This document shows, piece after piece, positions 47,301-56,735 of a stretch of 64,000 bases of DNA. The first letter of the stretch is position 1, and each line of letters starts with the position of its first letter. Position numbers and translations under genes: made by a program. The notes beneath the pieces are model-generated. The model was not told the DNA's origin and ran no database searches. It worked only from the letters and a program-made list of their open reading frames with translations. Source of the DNA: Batkoa obscura (taxonomy: Eukaryota); the NCBI GenBank assembly GCA_030770535.1, contig JASVEC010000026.1, forward strand, positions 62,001 to 126,000, read 5' to 3'.

Positions 47301-48371
47301 TGACTTAGGCGGTATTAATAAGTTCTTAGGAGAAATAACGGGAATTCCAGACTGTTTATATGCTATCTCCGGATATTGATGAATTACGGATTCTGATCCG
47401 CAGAGAGTGACATCAATTAATTTATTGTTGGTCCGATAGTTCATTATACGGCAGCCAGGAGATTTATTGTTTATCATATTGATAGATAGGTCTCTTGGTT
47501 TATTGTAGTACATTGGGATGGATTGATCTAATATTTTTAAGATATTTTGATCGTACAACAATTGACAACCGTGTTTCACAAAGAATTCGGTGCCTAGGAG
47601 GAAGTCATAACCTTCACTTTCTAATACTATTGCTGGAAAGGCTAAGGTTAGTTTTCCAAATTTGATTGGTATTGATGAGTATGCTCCTAGTGCTGTAGTA
47701 GTTCCAGTTCCAGCTGTACCAAAGGTGTCTGAGCAATCTATATCTGGTTTAAAGGATAATCGTTTTACCAGACGACTCGATATGAAATTGATAGGAGCTC
47801 CACTATCTAATATGATGCGTACATTCTTTTTATAAATTGACGCATTGATGTAAGTACAATCGATGGAGTTAGCTTTGTCATCGAGGTTTACTAAAAGAAT
47901 CTGTTTATTTGGATTCTGGTATTCTCTAATAATTTTTCTAAATGCAATTGCTAAGTCTGATTCTCCAGTTAAGATCTTGTCTAGCGGGATTGGGATCGTA
48001 ACATTGGTTAACCACTGATGCGTGTTATCTAGTTCGCTTTGTGTGAGGGATAGTTTAGATAAATCAGATAATTGTGAGATGTAAGGTTTGGAGATCTCGT
48101 TCATTGGAATCGAATCAGGAGCATTAATAGAGTTATCAGGTAGCTTGAAAATTCGAGGTGGAATGACTTTAGGGATTTCCACAACAGGGACTTTTTTCTT
48201 TTTAGGTCTACCACGAATTCGCGAAGGAAGTGCTAGGATGAGGGTAGAGGGGTCAAATTTTGAAAGCGTATTAACTTTAAGGTCTAATCCAGTGCTTTCA
48301 TCTGGATCAGGAGGAATTTTTAACTTCGTGGAAGGGGGATCCTCATTTATCCTCCCACTTAGAAGTTTTTT
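44349..48371 (-). CDS. pol: Pol polyprotein: AT-hook, aspartic protease, dUTPase-like domain, RT, RNase H, integrase (expressed by -1 frameshift)
   Basis: LDSGA (protease), YLDD (RT), TDAS and TEKECLA (RNase H), HHCC, D-D-E with TDNA and VER, and GPY. The frame stays open upstream of 48182 to the slippery site. Confidence 0.95.
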   Translation of the reverse strand, partial: KKLLSGRINEDPPSTKLKIPPDPDESTGLDLKVNTLSKFDPSTLILALPSRIRGRPKKKKVPVVEIPKVIPPRIFKLPDNSINAPDSIPMNEISKPYISQLSDLSKLSLTQSELDNTHQWLTNVTIPIPLDKILTGESDLAIAFRKIIREYQNPNKQILLVNLDDKANSIDCTYINASIYKKNVRIILDSGAPINFISSRLVKRLSFKPDIDCSDTFGTAGTGTTTALGAYSSIPIKFGKLTLAFPAIVLESEGYDFLLGTEFFVKHGCQLLYDQNILKILDQSIPMYYNKPRDLSINMINNKSPGCRIMNYRTNNKLIDVTLCGSESVIHQYPEIAYKQSGIPVISPKNLLIPPKSQIVLDTEISLWIPKEFHLSIYSIEGVSQLEPLTMPGILGNNMNETIKLLLANITKKEINISRCQQIGTIYVENNALINTFSKFATLEEFQIHEEAPNNQALFVEKDTINHLNQDEQLQFYKLLEEYKDIFATSEEDIGCARNTKHKVYTCDSLPVATKAYRKSQSELKAEREEVQKLLRLGLIIPSNSPWASPLMIVKKKDGTNRVVMDYRKLNKITKKDVYPLPRIDDAVDRLQGAKYFSAMDLISGYWQVEMDPEDQEKCALITSEGLFQPTRMPQGLSNAPATFQRLMDNTLGDLKLSCVLIYLDDLNVFSRTFVDHLTHLKAVFERLRQANLKLKPKKCSFFQTSLEFLGYKVSDKGLAPIPNKLDAVKELLPPTTMREVQVFLGLMNYYRRFIKDFSNLATPLFQLLKKEVKFQWKEEHQQAFEELRNKLLNAPVLMFPNFSKPFSLHTDASLTAVGGVLSQLDDNNCEHPIAYTSRTLSKHERNYTTTEKECLAIIHAIKAFRPYIYGTHFTVITDHVSLKWLYSITNPEGRLARWALKLQSYSFDIVYKPGKDHQNADGLSRLPRICLATPIDDDLYNLLGNKDKWPQQQPELKQWLEKNAQNIIVRDNALYKKIKGTYIPYIRPSSRLSACQQFHDVICGHSAFQKTYDTMKVSCYWESMIPDLEDFINNCDVCKREQSKIKATAYKFILPKHAFHTVSIDVIGPLCEASSVRGNKFIVVAIDHLTKWVEAKAIPNQTSFHISKFIYEDIICRHGSPQVILTDNAANFVNLVLPKLARLMAIKHSTAAPYHPETNGMVERVNGTLVRILRKLAFDKTSSWDEYLHSAILAYRYSVHSITKKSPFVMLYGRHPGLPISFAPLMVRQEEMSPDMYLLKLTKKLIAIQVDAFNALTDSKTRRYRQDISRLPRLAVFKVGDIVHLYPSYNQSRKNKLALKWDGPYEVIHKHLYDSYSIKHKRTSVIYNRVHAKFLKSAM

Positions 48372-50875
48372 GACTCGTTATCGGAGTCGACAAACTTCTC
48401 AGTATCATCGCCTTCAGTATCGTTATAATTGAGGTGATTTATTTGTTTATTTTTATTGAAACGTTCATTGTTGCGAACATTCTTTTCGAAATAATATTTA
48501 AAAATACCATTTTCTGGCTTTGGTTCAGTGCAGTTAACGGTAATGTGTCCATATTCACCACAGTTCCAGCATCCAGTAAATACTCGAGATTTACGATGGT
48601 TGGAGTAGTGTTGTTGAGTGATGGTAAAACAATGAAGGTATTCGTTGTTGTCCATCCCTTTATCTATGTGATTAACATATAATTTCTTGGGTCTAACTTC
48701 ACTTTTTGGACTTCCAAGGTATAATTCTAAAATCTCTATCATCTGTGTAACGTTGGTGATGTTATGATGAGGATCTAGAAAAAGGCATGCGATATGACTT
48801 GGAAGGTTTCGCTGGAAGGCCAGGCGGAGGTCTGTAACGCTTAACTTTCCACAGGAAATTAAGGCATTAGCACGATTTCTTACGTTTGTAATGAAACTCT
48901 CAAGTTTACTTTCGTCGTCTAAACGTAAAGATAAGAGGGCTGCCTTTTTTGCTTCCATTTTTACATCGGAATCATAATGGTCTATAAACGCCTTTTTGAA
49001 GGAATCCCAATTACTGCGTAAGTCGTCAGGTAAAGTCATGCACCAAGAAAGTTCATTTGTTTGTAGTTGACCTAAAAGGCATTGAGGACGACATTCATAG
49101 GTCCAGTTGTTGGCATCGAGATGAACTTCTAGAGCTTTAATGAAGGTAGTAGCAGTAATTTCACTTGGATTGAATAAAAGACTAAAATTAAACTTTGTGT
49201 TAACAGGTTGGGAGCTTCTTGGGTAGTTGTGGCGGTGTGTTGAGAAGCTATGTGATTTTGGATCGTTACCAGAAGGTCCAGGATGACTAAAATAAGCGTC
49301 ATGGGTATTGTGTGATATACCATGATCATGTTGAACAGTAATCGGATCGGCTTGTACATAGTGAGGTGAAGATTTCTCATAGGATATATGTTGAGCGATT
49401 TGAGGAGCAATATGTGATGACTTATTTTTGTTAAAAGGATTGGCTAGGTTGACTTCAGCATAAGATTGTACACGAGGTCGTATTGGATCAGCGTTAGATC
49501 CTGTAGCAGGATTTCTTGAGTAAATACCATCAGTAGGTACAGCAGTCATTCTAGGATTTGATTGGGGTAGGTATGTGGAAACTTGAGGAGAGTTCTCTTC
49601 TTTCTTTGTTTGATCATCCGGTTGTACCAAGTGAACAGAACCATGATACTTATGGTTTATTTGATATTCAGTACCAAAGATAGATTCTGTGGCACTATCA
49701 CCCAGATCATATATATTGTATCTTGGAACGTCTCTGTAACTCGAGAGTCTGGAGGGAGGTGCTGAAACAGCAATACGCTCCTTTCTACAATTGCAAGAAG
49801 ATGCCTTGATTTGGTTAGTATTGGAAGCTACCCTAGTCTGAAGAAGAATGAGCTCTTCTCTGGTACTCTGTATGTTACGCGAGATTTCCTCCCAGTCAAC
49901 TACTGTTTGTTCTTTGTCCAGTCTAATTTGTTCCTTCAAATTATTATTGGAGGTGATAAGCTGGCTAATGGTAGTCACTTGTTGAGCCATTTGTTCATTA
50001 CAAACAGCTAAATCTTGTTCTAAAGCCAAGATTCTAGCATCTTTGGTTGAAGTAGATGGAGGGGATTGTTCAATACAGGATAAGCGGTGATTATACTCTT
50101 TGAATTTATTCATTAGCGATCTATGGAGTTCTGCGAAAGTGGCTTTTGTTTTTCCGTCAATATCTGAGATTCTTTCAGTAGTATGGTCATTGATCTCAGT
50201 GAGGGAAAGGTTGATCTCATCGGAGATTTTAACAAGTTCAGAATGTAGAGCAGTATCGAGCTGACGTAATTCAGCTTTGAGATCTCCTACTTCTCTTACT
50301 AATTCTCTGTGGGCTTCATAGGTAACGGTGTTATTAAGTCTTTGATTGAGCTCATTTAACTTACTAACATGGAGTTCATTTGAAGGGGCGATGACACCAC
50401 TCTTTTGGTTACTGATCATGGAAAGGTTGTTAACCGTAGTTAAAAGTGAGCTCAAAGAGGTAGACAATTCATTGTTATGAATTGAAAGACGGTCGAGTTC
50501 ACCAACCATCTGGATGAGTTTGTTGTGCAGGAACTCTACTAGATATTGTTGAACGTGGGAAAGGGTAGGTACCGTTTGGTACTGGGCACGAAAATTGATT
50601 TGAGTACTGGAGCCACTATTTTGGTATTGTCTCCAAGCGGAGAGGTCACCATCAAGGACGTGCATAGGGACAGCTCCGTAGGTAACGACTGAGTTTACAA
50701 CGTGAGGAGGTAGTGCAGCTTGATTTAAAGCAGCAGTTTCTATTTCTGGGGTCAGAACACTAGCTTCCTCTTCATCACTACTACCCATGTCGTATTCAGT
50801 GATGATCAACTGTTGACGGTTATCAAGAAGGTATTTTGAGTCCGCAAAATAAGGTGCAAGACCATTGTCGACCAT
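48359..50875 (-). CDS. gag: Gag (838 aa) with a long coiled-coil-like N-terminus and a CCHC zinc knuckle
   Basis: WDSFKKAFIDHY capsid-like motif, CWNCGEYGHITVNC, and position between the 5' LTR and pol. Confidence 0.9.
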   Translation of the reverse strand: MVDNGLAPYFADSKYLLDNRQQLIITEYDMGSSDEEEASVLTPEIETAALNQAALPPHVVNSVVTYGAVPMHVLDGDLSAWRQYQNSGSSTQINFRAQYQTVPTLSHVQQYLVEFLHNKLIQMVGELDRLSIHNNELSTSLSSLLTTVNNLSMISNQKSGVIAPSNELHVSKLNELNQRLNNTVTYEAHRELVREVGDLKAELRQLDTALHSELVKISDEINLSLTEINDHTTERISDIDGKTKATFAELHRSLMNKFKEYNHRLSCIEQSPPSTSTKDARILALEQDLAVCNEQMAQQVTTISQLITSNNNLKEQIRLDKEQTVVDWEEISRNIQSTREELILLQTRVASNTNQIKASSCNCRKERIAVSAPPSRLSSYRDVPRYNIYDLGDSATESIFGTEYQINHKYHGSVHLVQPDDQTKKEENSPQVSTYLPQSNPRMTAVPTDGIYSRNPATGSNADPIRPRVQSYAEVNLANPFNKNKSSHIAPQIAQHISYEKSSPHYVQADPITVQHDHGISHNTHDAYFSHPGPSGNDPKSHSFSTHRHNYPRSSQPVNTKFNFSLLFNPSEITATTFIKALEVHLDANNWTYECRPQCLLGQLQTNELSWCMTLPDDLRSNWDSFKKAFIDHYDSDVKMEAKKAALLSLRLDDESKLESFITNVRNRANALISCGKLSVTDLRLAFQRNLPSHIACLFLDPHHNITNVTQMIEILELYLGSPKSEVRPKKLYVNHIDKGMDNNEYLHCFTITQQHYSNHRKSRVFTGCWNCGEYGHITVNCTEPKPENGIFKYYFEKNVRNNERFNKNKQINHLNYNDTEGDDTEKFVDSDNESKNF

Positions 50876-51599
50876 AGTTGAGAATTAAGGAGGTTAAGGG
50901 GGTTTTTCTTTGTTTGGGGTGGTTACGCGGTAAGGACCGTAAAGGAAAGATTATAAAGGCTATCTAAAATAGTTATAAGAGCTTTCCCAGTTATGAGCGC
51001 CAAATGTGAAATCTGGTACTCAGGGTTTGGAGTCAAGAACAGCTATTGCTGGGTTGACTACACTATAAGTCGAAAGGTCTTAGTTTATGTAACTAAGATA
51101 GACTTGGATTATGAGGAATAGCACGTAATAGGTTACAAGCTATATAAGACAAATAGAATAGACAATACTAATGTAAAATCTATGTAAAATAATATTAAGA
51201 AAACTTAGTGGCTTTATTAAATGTTCGAGATATCAGGGATTAATTCAGTTAAAAAGCCTCGAACTATTATACTCTGTAAACTCTTTTATACTCTGAAAAG
51301 TATAAGTATCAAAATGAGAAGATAATATTCTTTTGGGCGGAACTAGAAATTCTCATAACAAATCAAAATAATTAACCATGGGACTGACGAAGCGATATTT
51401 CACAGGTCCACGGTCAAATTGATTACAAGGCTACAACTAGTTTTGTAAACAAGTTAAATGATTATTGTGCGATAATCAATCACAGAGCTGATGAAACGAT
51501 ATTTCACAGTGTTTTGTATTTTTTATTAAATATTCAATAGCCATATAATATATAATTATCTAATTATTTGGCTTTATTTTTTACTAAAATAAAAATAAA

Positions 51600-53302
51600 A
51601 TGCAAGCTTATATAACTAAACTTCGAAATGGAATTTCTAAAAATTTTAATACAATAGGGAGAAGCACATTTTATAAACATTGTAATTCATCTACATCAAT
51701 TTTAACAACTATTCACAATAACCCAGAGTTTATGGAATTTTATAATAAAACAAAAAAAGGAAAAGAAATGTCATTAAAGTTTACTATTAATAATAACAAA
51801 CTCAATCAAGCAATGTATAAAATTAGTGTTTTAAGGGAAACAGGAAATAAAAATCAACAAGTAGCATTATTATCGACTATAGCTTCAGTATATTCTTTTG
51901 ATGAATGTAAAAGTTTTGGATTTAATATAAGTAAAGATCAATATGATTATTCAAAAATAATTAATAATAATAAAATAACAACGTTACGACCTACTATCAA
52001 AAATACAAAAAAAATTAAAGATGAGCAAATCGAGATTATTATACAATATTTACTTGATAATTCAACTATTTCATCAAGATTTAGTAAAAGAAATAATGAT
52101 AAATATTCGTCAGAGAATATATATATATTAAATAAAAGTAGAAGAATGTTATACAGTAAGTATTTTAACGATTTAAAAGATAAAGCAGCAGCTAGGTCAA
52201 CATTTTTCAAATATATACCAAATAATTTTAAAAATCCAGCAAGAAAAGCAGATTTATGTAATATATGTGCCCAGTATACAGTTAGAAAAAAGTTATTTGA
52301 AAACAAAATAAATACAGCGATAAAAAATAAAGCAGAGATAGAAGAATCTTTTAATAAAGAAAAAAGGTTATATAAATTACATGAGTTTTGTGTTGATACT
52401 CAAAAAAATATATTTAATGAAACTATTAAAAAATTAAATAATAGAAGTTGTATAATAATTTTAGACTTTAAACAAAACATGGAAATAGGAACAAGACCAG
52501 ATCCAATAAACTTAGATCATTATAACAAACAAGCTATATCAGTATTAGGGTTTGGCGTTTTGTATTTAAAAAATGATAAAACAATAGGCAAATTTTATTT
52601 TGATTATTTATCTGAAATACTAAATCATGATTCAGCATATCCAGGAGATTGTTTAATTGATTTAATATCTAAAGAGCCTTTATTTAAAAAGTTTGCAAAA
52701 ATTAACATATGGGCAGATACAGGATATCATTTTAAATTTCAAGAGTTTTTACATTATGTATTTGAAGAAATTCATAAAATAAATACTAGTTTAAATATTG
52801 ATCTTAATTTTTTTGCTGAGCATCATGGAAAAAGTATAGTTGACGGGCATTTTGGAAATCTTTCACAGTGGAAAAATAATCTTGAAGCATTAGGTAAAAT
52901 AGAAGATATTGATCAATTAATTTCAAAATTTGAGATTTTTGTTTGTGAAATAATAGAATTAATAACCCAACTGTCAATAATGGGCAAATAAATATAATTT
53001 TTAAAAAGTATGAAAGAAACAAAGATACAAAAAAAATAATAAAAATACAAGGTATTAAAAAGTATTTACATTTTATTAAACGTGGTGATAAACTATACTA
53101 TTACCCAGTATCTGATAGATCAAAAAAAAGCGATATAATTTCAATTAAAGTTATAGAGTCTATAGAGAATAGAAAAATTAAAAGATCAACCCCAGCTTAT
53201 CTTACAAAAATAACTGAAAATTTAAAAGTTTCAATATTTAGTAAGCAAGTAAGTAGCTTATTAGATGATAGAAATCAATCATTAAATGTTGATATTACTT
53301 AA
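51600..53302 (+). pseudogene. Sola2-like DDD transposase with a single 1-bp frameshift near 52950
   Basis: DLCNIC, LDFKQN, IWADTGYHFK and FFAEHHGKSIVDGHFG. An alternative frame continues to TAA 53300-53302, and the decayed copy at ~22300 keeps the missing base. Confidence 0.8.
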
Positions 53303-54422
53303 ATTATTAATAGCTAAGTTAATAAATAGTCAAAGAGTAAGTAGTTGTAATAATAAGGAAAAACTATTATTATACTGCTTGTGTTACATAGGGATGGTTA
53401 ATTATAGCTTTGGGGCTAACCACTCCCTCCCATGCAGCTATTTATTAACTTAGCGATATATTGATAATGTAATTATAACATTAAAATAATTTATTCATTT
53501 GATAGCAAATTTGCAGTGTTGAATATAAAACAGTTAATAATAAATATTTCTTAATAAAGTTATATAAAAGTATATATTTATTTACATATTACAACTTTGA
53601 CTAATATTACTATACAGGCTATATTAGTAAAATCTTTGCTAATCCAGAAATTTATATTAAATTTAATAAAAATTCCGCTAATTGACATAAATTATAACAA
53701 AATAATTTAAAACTGTGTCAGGTACTTTTGGCTTTTAATAAAGAATTTATTTTTATAGAATTTTAAGCAAAGTTTTCAAAATATAAATATTTAAAAATTG
53801 GATAAAAAAATGAAACCAATTCGGACACCCCCATATCTTTTTTTATATTAGGTATCAAGCTATACTATAATATTGTGTTATTTTTGTAGTAAATTAATAC
53901 AATTTTTATACTGCTATTTCAGTATTAGCAACTTTTATTCTTTATGATATTTTTAATATAAAGACAACGTAAAACATTATAAAGCAGCTTAAATTGCTTA
54001 AGCATTTTTGTATTTTTGTATTTTTTATTCTTTTATAACGTCACCAACTGGCAAAACACCCCAAGAGGCTTTTTACATTTTTATGCAAGCTTTGAATTTT
54101 ACCAATCTTATTCACAACCATTATCCATGCAATTTTATTCTATGGCTATATCATATCACACTGGGGCAAAACTTATACCCTATACCCAAATTCATACACA
54201 AATATATTCAGTTTTAAATTTGTCATTGCTATTAAAATCTATTATTTTTTAACTCAGTTTACGAATAAAAAGCACTATAAATGACATTTTATAACTTGTA
54301 ACTTAATAAAATCATAAAGTGAATTTATAAATATAGCATTATTGTTATAATAAAGTTAGTAGCTTAGAGTTGATATATATACTGAAAGGATGCTTTTTTG
54401 TCTTCACACTTTTTAATTAATA

Positions 54423-55346
54423 ATGATTAACGAAAATCCATTAACCTATTTATGCGCTATGCTAGGATTATTTAGTGCTATACTCAATGTATTATTAGTT
54501 ATAGCATCAAGTAGAATACGACCATTTAATCCGGACATCAAACTAATATTAATAATTGCAATAACCGAATTATTATCACCATCGATAACTTTAGTTGACC
54601 CAATACTATCTACAATAAGAGAAGATGATTCCATAAATGAACCTCACCTTTGTCAATTTTTTGGATTTTTTACTATGTTTATACTCCTTTCTCAATTTAT
54701 ATTTTCTTCTTTTTTAGCAATAGTACGTATATCAAAGTTATTACAATATGAATTTAAATATTATTGGTACATCCCTAGTTTAATTTCTTTAGCTACACAT
54801 TTTATTTTATCAATTATATTAGCAACAAGATTAGAACTAATACCCCAAACGGCTAAATTAGTTTGTTTAATCTACCCCTCTCAATCTTTATTATCTTTAA
54901 TTGCATTTTATCACTTTATTCTATCATCTATAATCCATCTCATTATTATCATTTATTTTTATATAAGATTAGCAGTATTTGCCAATAACATACCTGAGTT
55001 TATTTATTTAACTTCCAACGATAGTATCACTAGCAGTAGATCCACATCAAAAGTACCATGGAGTAAAAAAGGGGTAATTTTAAGAATTTATGCTTCACTT
55101 GGATTGTATTCGATTTGTATGCTTTCTGGTTGTATATTCTATTCTGCTGATTCATTTCTTGTATATACCGATAGCAACCTTAGATTGGAGTATATTCTAG
55201 GCTCTATTTCAACTGTTTTATATGCTTCAGGGATCATGTTTAATCCTTTGTTAGTTGTCACTAACCATACGATTGTCAACAAGGAAATTGTTCAAGTTAG
55301 TAAAAACATCTCTAAGAAAATACGTAGTATTGTAGCTTTTAAGTAA
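54423..55346 (+). CDS. Intronless 7TM GPCR-like protein (307 aa), family B
   Basis: About seven hydrophobic helices, TM1 Asn (ILNVLL), LCQFFGF at the start of TM3, LAIVR (DRY-like position), ECL2 Cys and FNPLL (NPxxY-like). Confidence 0.8.
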   Translation: MINENPLTYLCAMLGLFSAILNVLLVIASSRIRPFNPDIKLILIIAITELLSPSITLVDPILSTIREDDSINEPHLCQFFGFFTMFILLSQFIFSSFLAIVRISKLLQYEFKYYWYIPSLISLATHFILSIILATRLELIPQTAKLVCLIYPSQSLLSLIAFYHFILSSIIHLIIIIYFYIRLAVFANNIPEFIYLTSNDSITSSRSTSKVPWSKKGVILRIYASLGLYSICMLSGCIFYSADSFLVYTDSNLRLEYILGSISTVLYASGIMFNPLLVVTNHTIVNKEIVQVSKNISKKIRSIVAFK

Positions 55347-55682
55347 TTTTAATCTTATCTATTAATGTCTGTTAACCACAAAAATAAAATTGAATATTAA
55401 TATATTTATAAACGTTTGATTTAGTTAATGTCGTTTTATTGTATGATTATAGTAAATCCTAGCTACTTAAATTTTGTGCTTTTTGTATTTAATAAATTAA
55501 TTTCTAATTAATTAAAAACTACCAAATTACAGGTAACAATATTGTAATTATATTAGCTAATTTTTTCATATAATACTCTTAATACCTTGAAGATGAGATT
55601 TTACCAAATATATTTATCTAATAAAAAGCAATAAAAAGATCAACTTGAGAAAGAATTCATTTTAGCTTTACAATTTTATGGC

Positions 55683-55930
55683 TAAGGGTACTGGCTGAGT
55701 AGGTAGTTATCTTTCCGCTGCGAAAAAAATTATGTTTTAGATAAAGTTTTATTTCAATTTAAATAGCGGTTATTTAGAATTAAAAAATAGCTATCATATA
55801 CTTTTAATAAGGTTAGGTTAAGAAGGCTAGAATTAGTGTTGGCATTTATATTTAATAAATTTAATCAGTGATTTGCTCGATAAAAGTTATTATTATAAAA
55901 AAGCTGCTACCTACCTAACCAGTACCTTTA
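55683..55930. mobile_element. Candidate MITE of an unrelated family (~250 bp)
   Basis: Imperfect 24-bp terminal inverted repeat: TAAGGGTACTGGCTGAGTAGGTAG and CTACCTACCTAACCAGTACCTTTA. Confidence 0.55.
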
Positions 55931-56735
55931 TCACAAATACTTTTAAAACTGGCCCAAATGGCCCCATTTGACCCATTTAGGTCAATTTTTTTTAATAACA
56001 CCTGTTAATTAAAAAAATACTAATTAATAATGATATAAAAATTATATCAGTAAACTTAGATACATCGCATTTATGGTACTCAAATTTGTATACCAAAATA
56101 AACCTTCTATCGTTGTATATATGTATTAAATTAAACCTTATCTATCAAGGTCACTAGTTAAATCGCCTACTTTCCGAAGTCTAATGCTATCATGGAACAG
56201 GATTTAATAGAAAGTGAATACATTTTGAAGAATGGCATAAAGAGAATAAATATTAAAGTTATTACCAACTTTAATTATATATACTAAATATAAATATAAA
56301 ATGTATTAAATTAATGTATTTTATACTCATAGAAAGTGTATAAGCGACTGGACCTCTCCCTTTGGGACTTCTCTTTATCAACGCTCATTTAATTTATTTG
56401 CTGAGATAAACCGTTTTTAAGCCTTATCAATTACATTAATTTAGCTAATATAGTCCAAAATATTCTAGCTATCTTACATTTGCTTAGGAAGACTTTAAAA
56501 CTTCCCATTACCGTTGTCCAAGTATTGAGCTTACAACATCTTACACTATACTAAACCATCAGTTGGTACGCCACTAGCCTTAGAAATCTCAAAGCCCTTG
56601 CGACTTAAATATACGGTTCTCCTACTATCTTACCCAAATGTCAATAAATCTTTAAAAGCAAATGCAAAACTCTTTTTGCAAATGGAGAGTGCAAAAAAAA
56701 CCTCAACCTCAACCCTTGATGACGAAACCAACGAA

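Larger units (their letters stand above)
43852..51404 (-). mobile_element. Intact Ty3/Gypsy LTR retrotransposon
   Basis: Two 400-bp LTRs (43852-44251 and 51005-51404) that read identical, TSD GGTC, PBS-like TGGCGCTCATAAC 2 nt after the 5' LTR, PPT AGGGAGGGAAA (44252-44262), open gag and pol. Confidence 0.97.
43460..51508. mobile_element. Solo LTR (~490 bp; pieces 43460-43851 and 51405-51508) split by the intact retrotransposon
   Basis: TGTGAAAG...TTTCACA termini. The joined halves match the uninterrupted copy at 21169-21628. Confidence 0.88.
43289..53832 (+). mobile_element. Sola2-like cut-and-paste DNA transposon (~2.5 kb without its nested insertions)
   Basis: Perfect 22-bp TIRs GGGGGTGTCCGAATTGGTTTCA (43289-43310 and 53811-53832), TSD ATAT, internal transposase. 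Confidence 0.85.

Noticed and set aside
51488..51508. CTGATGA/CTGACGA near LTR ends plus GAAA, suggesting a hammerhead ribozyme (retrozyme)
   Set aside because: I could not build stems I-III around the core, the motif is antisense to the element, and it is degenerate in other copies.
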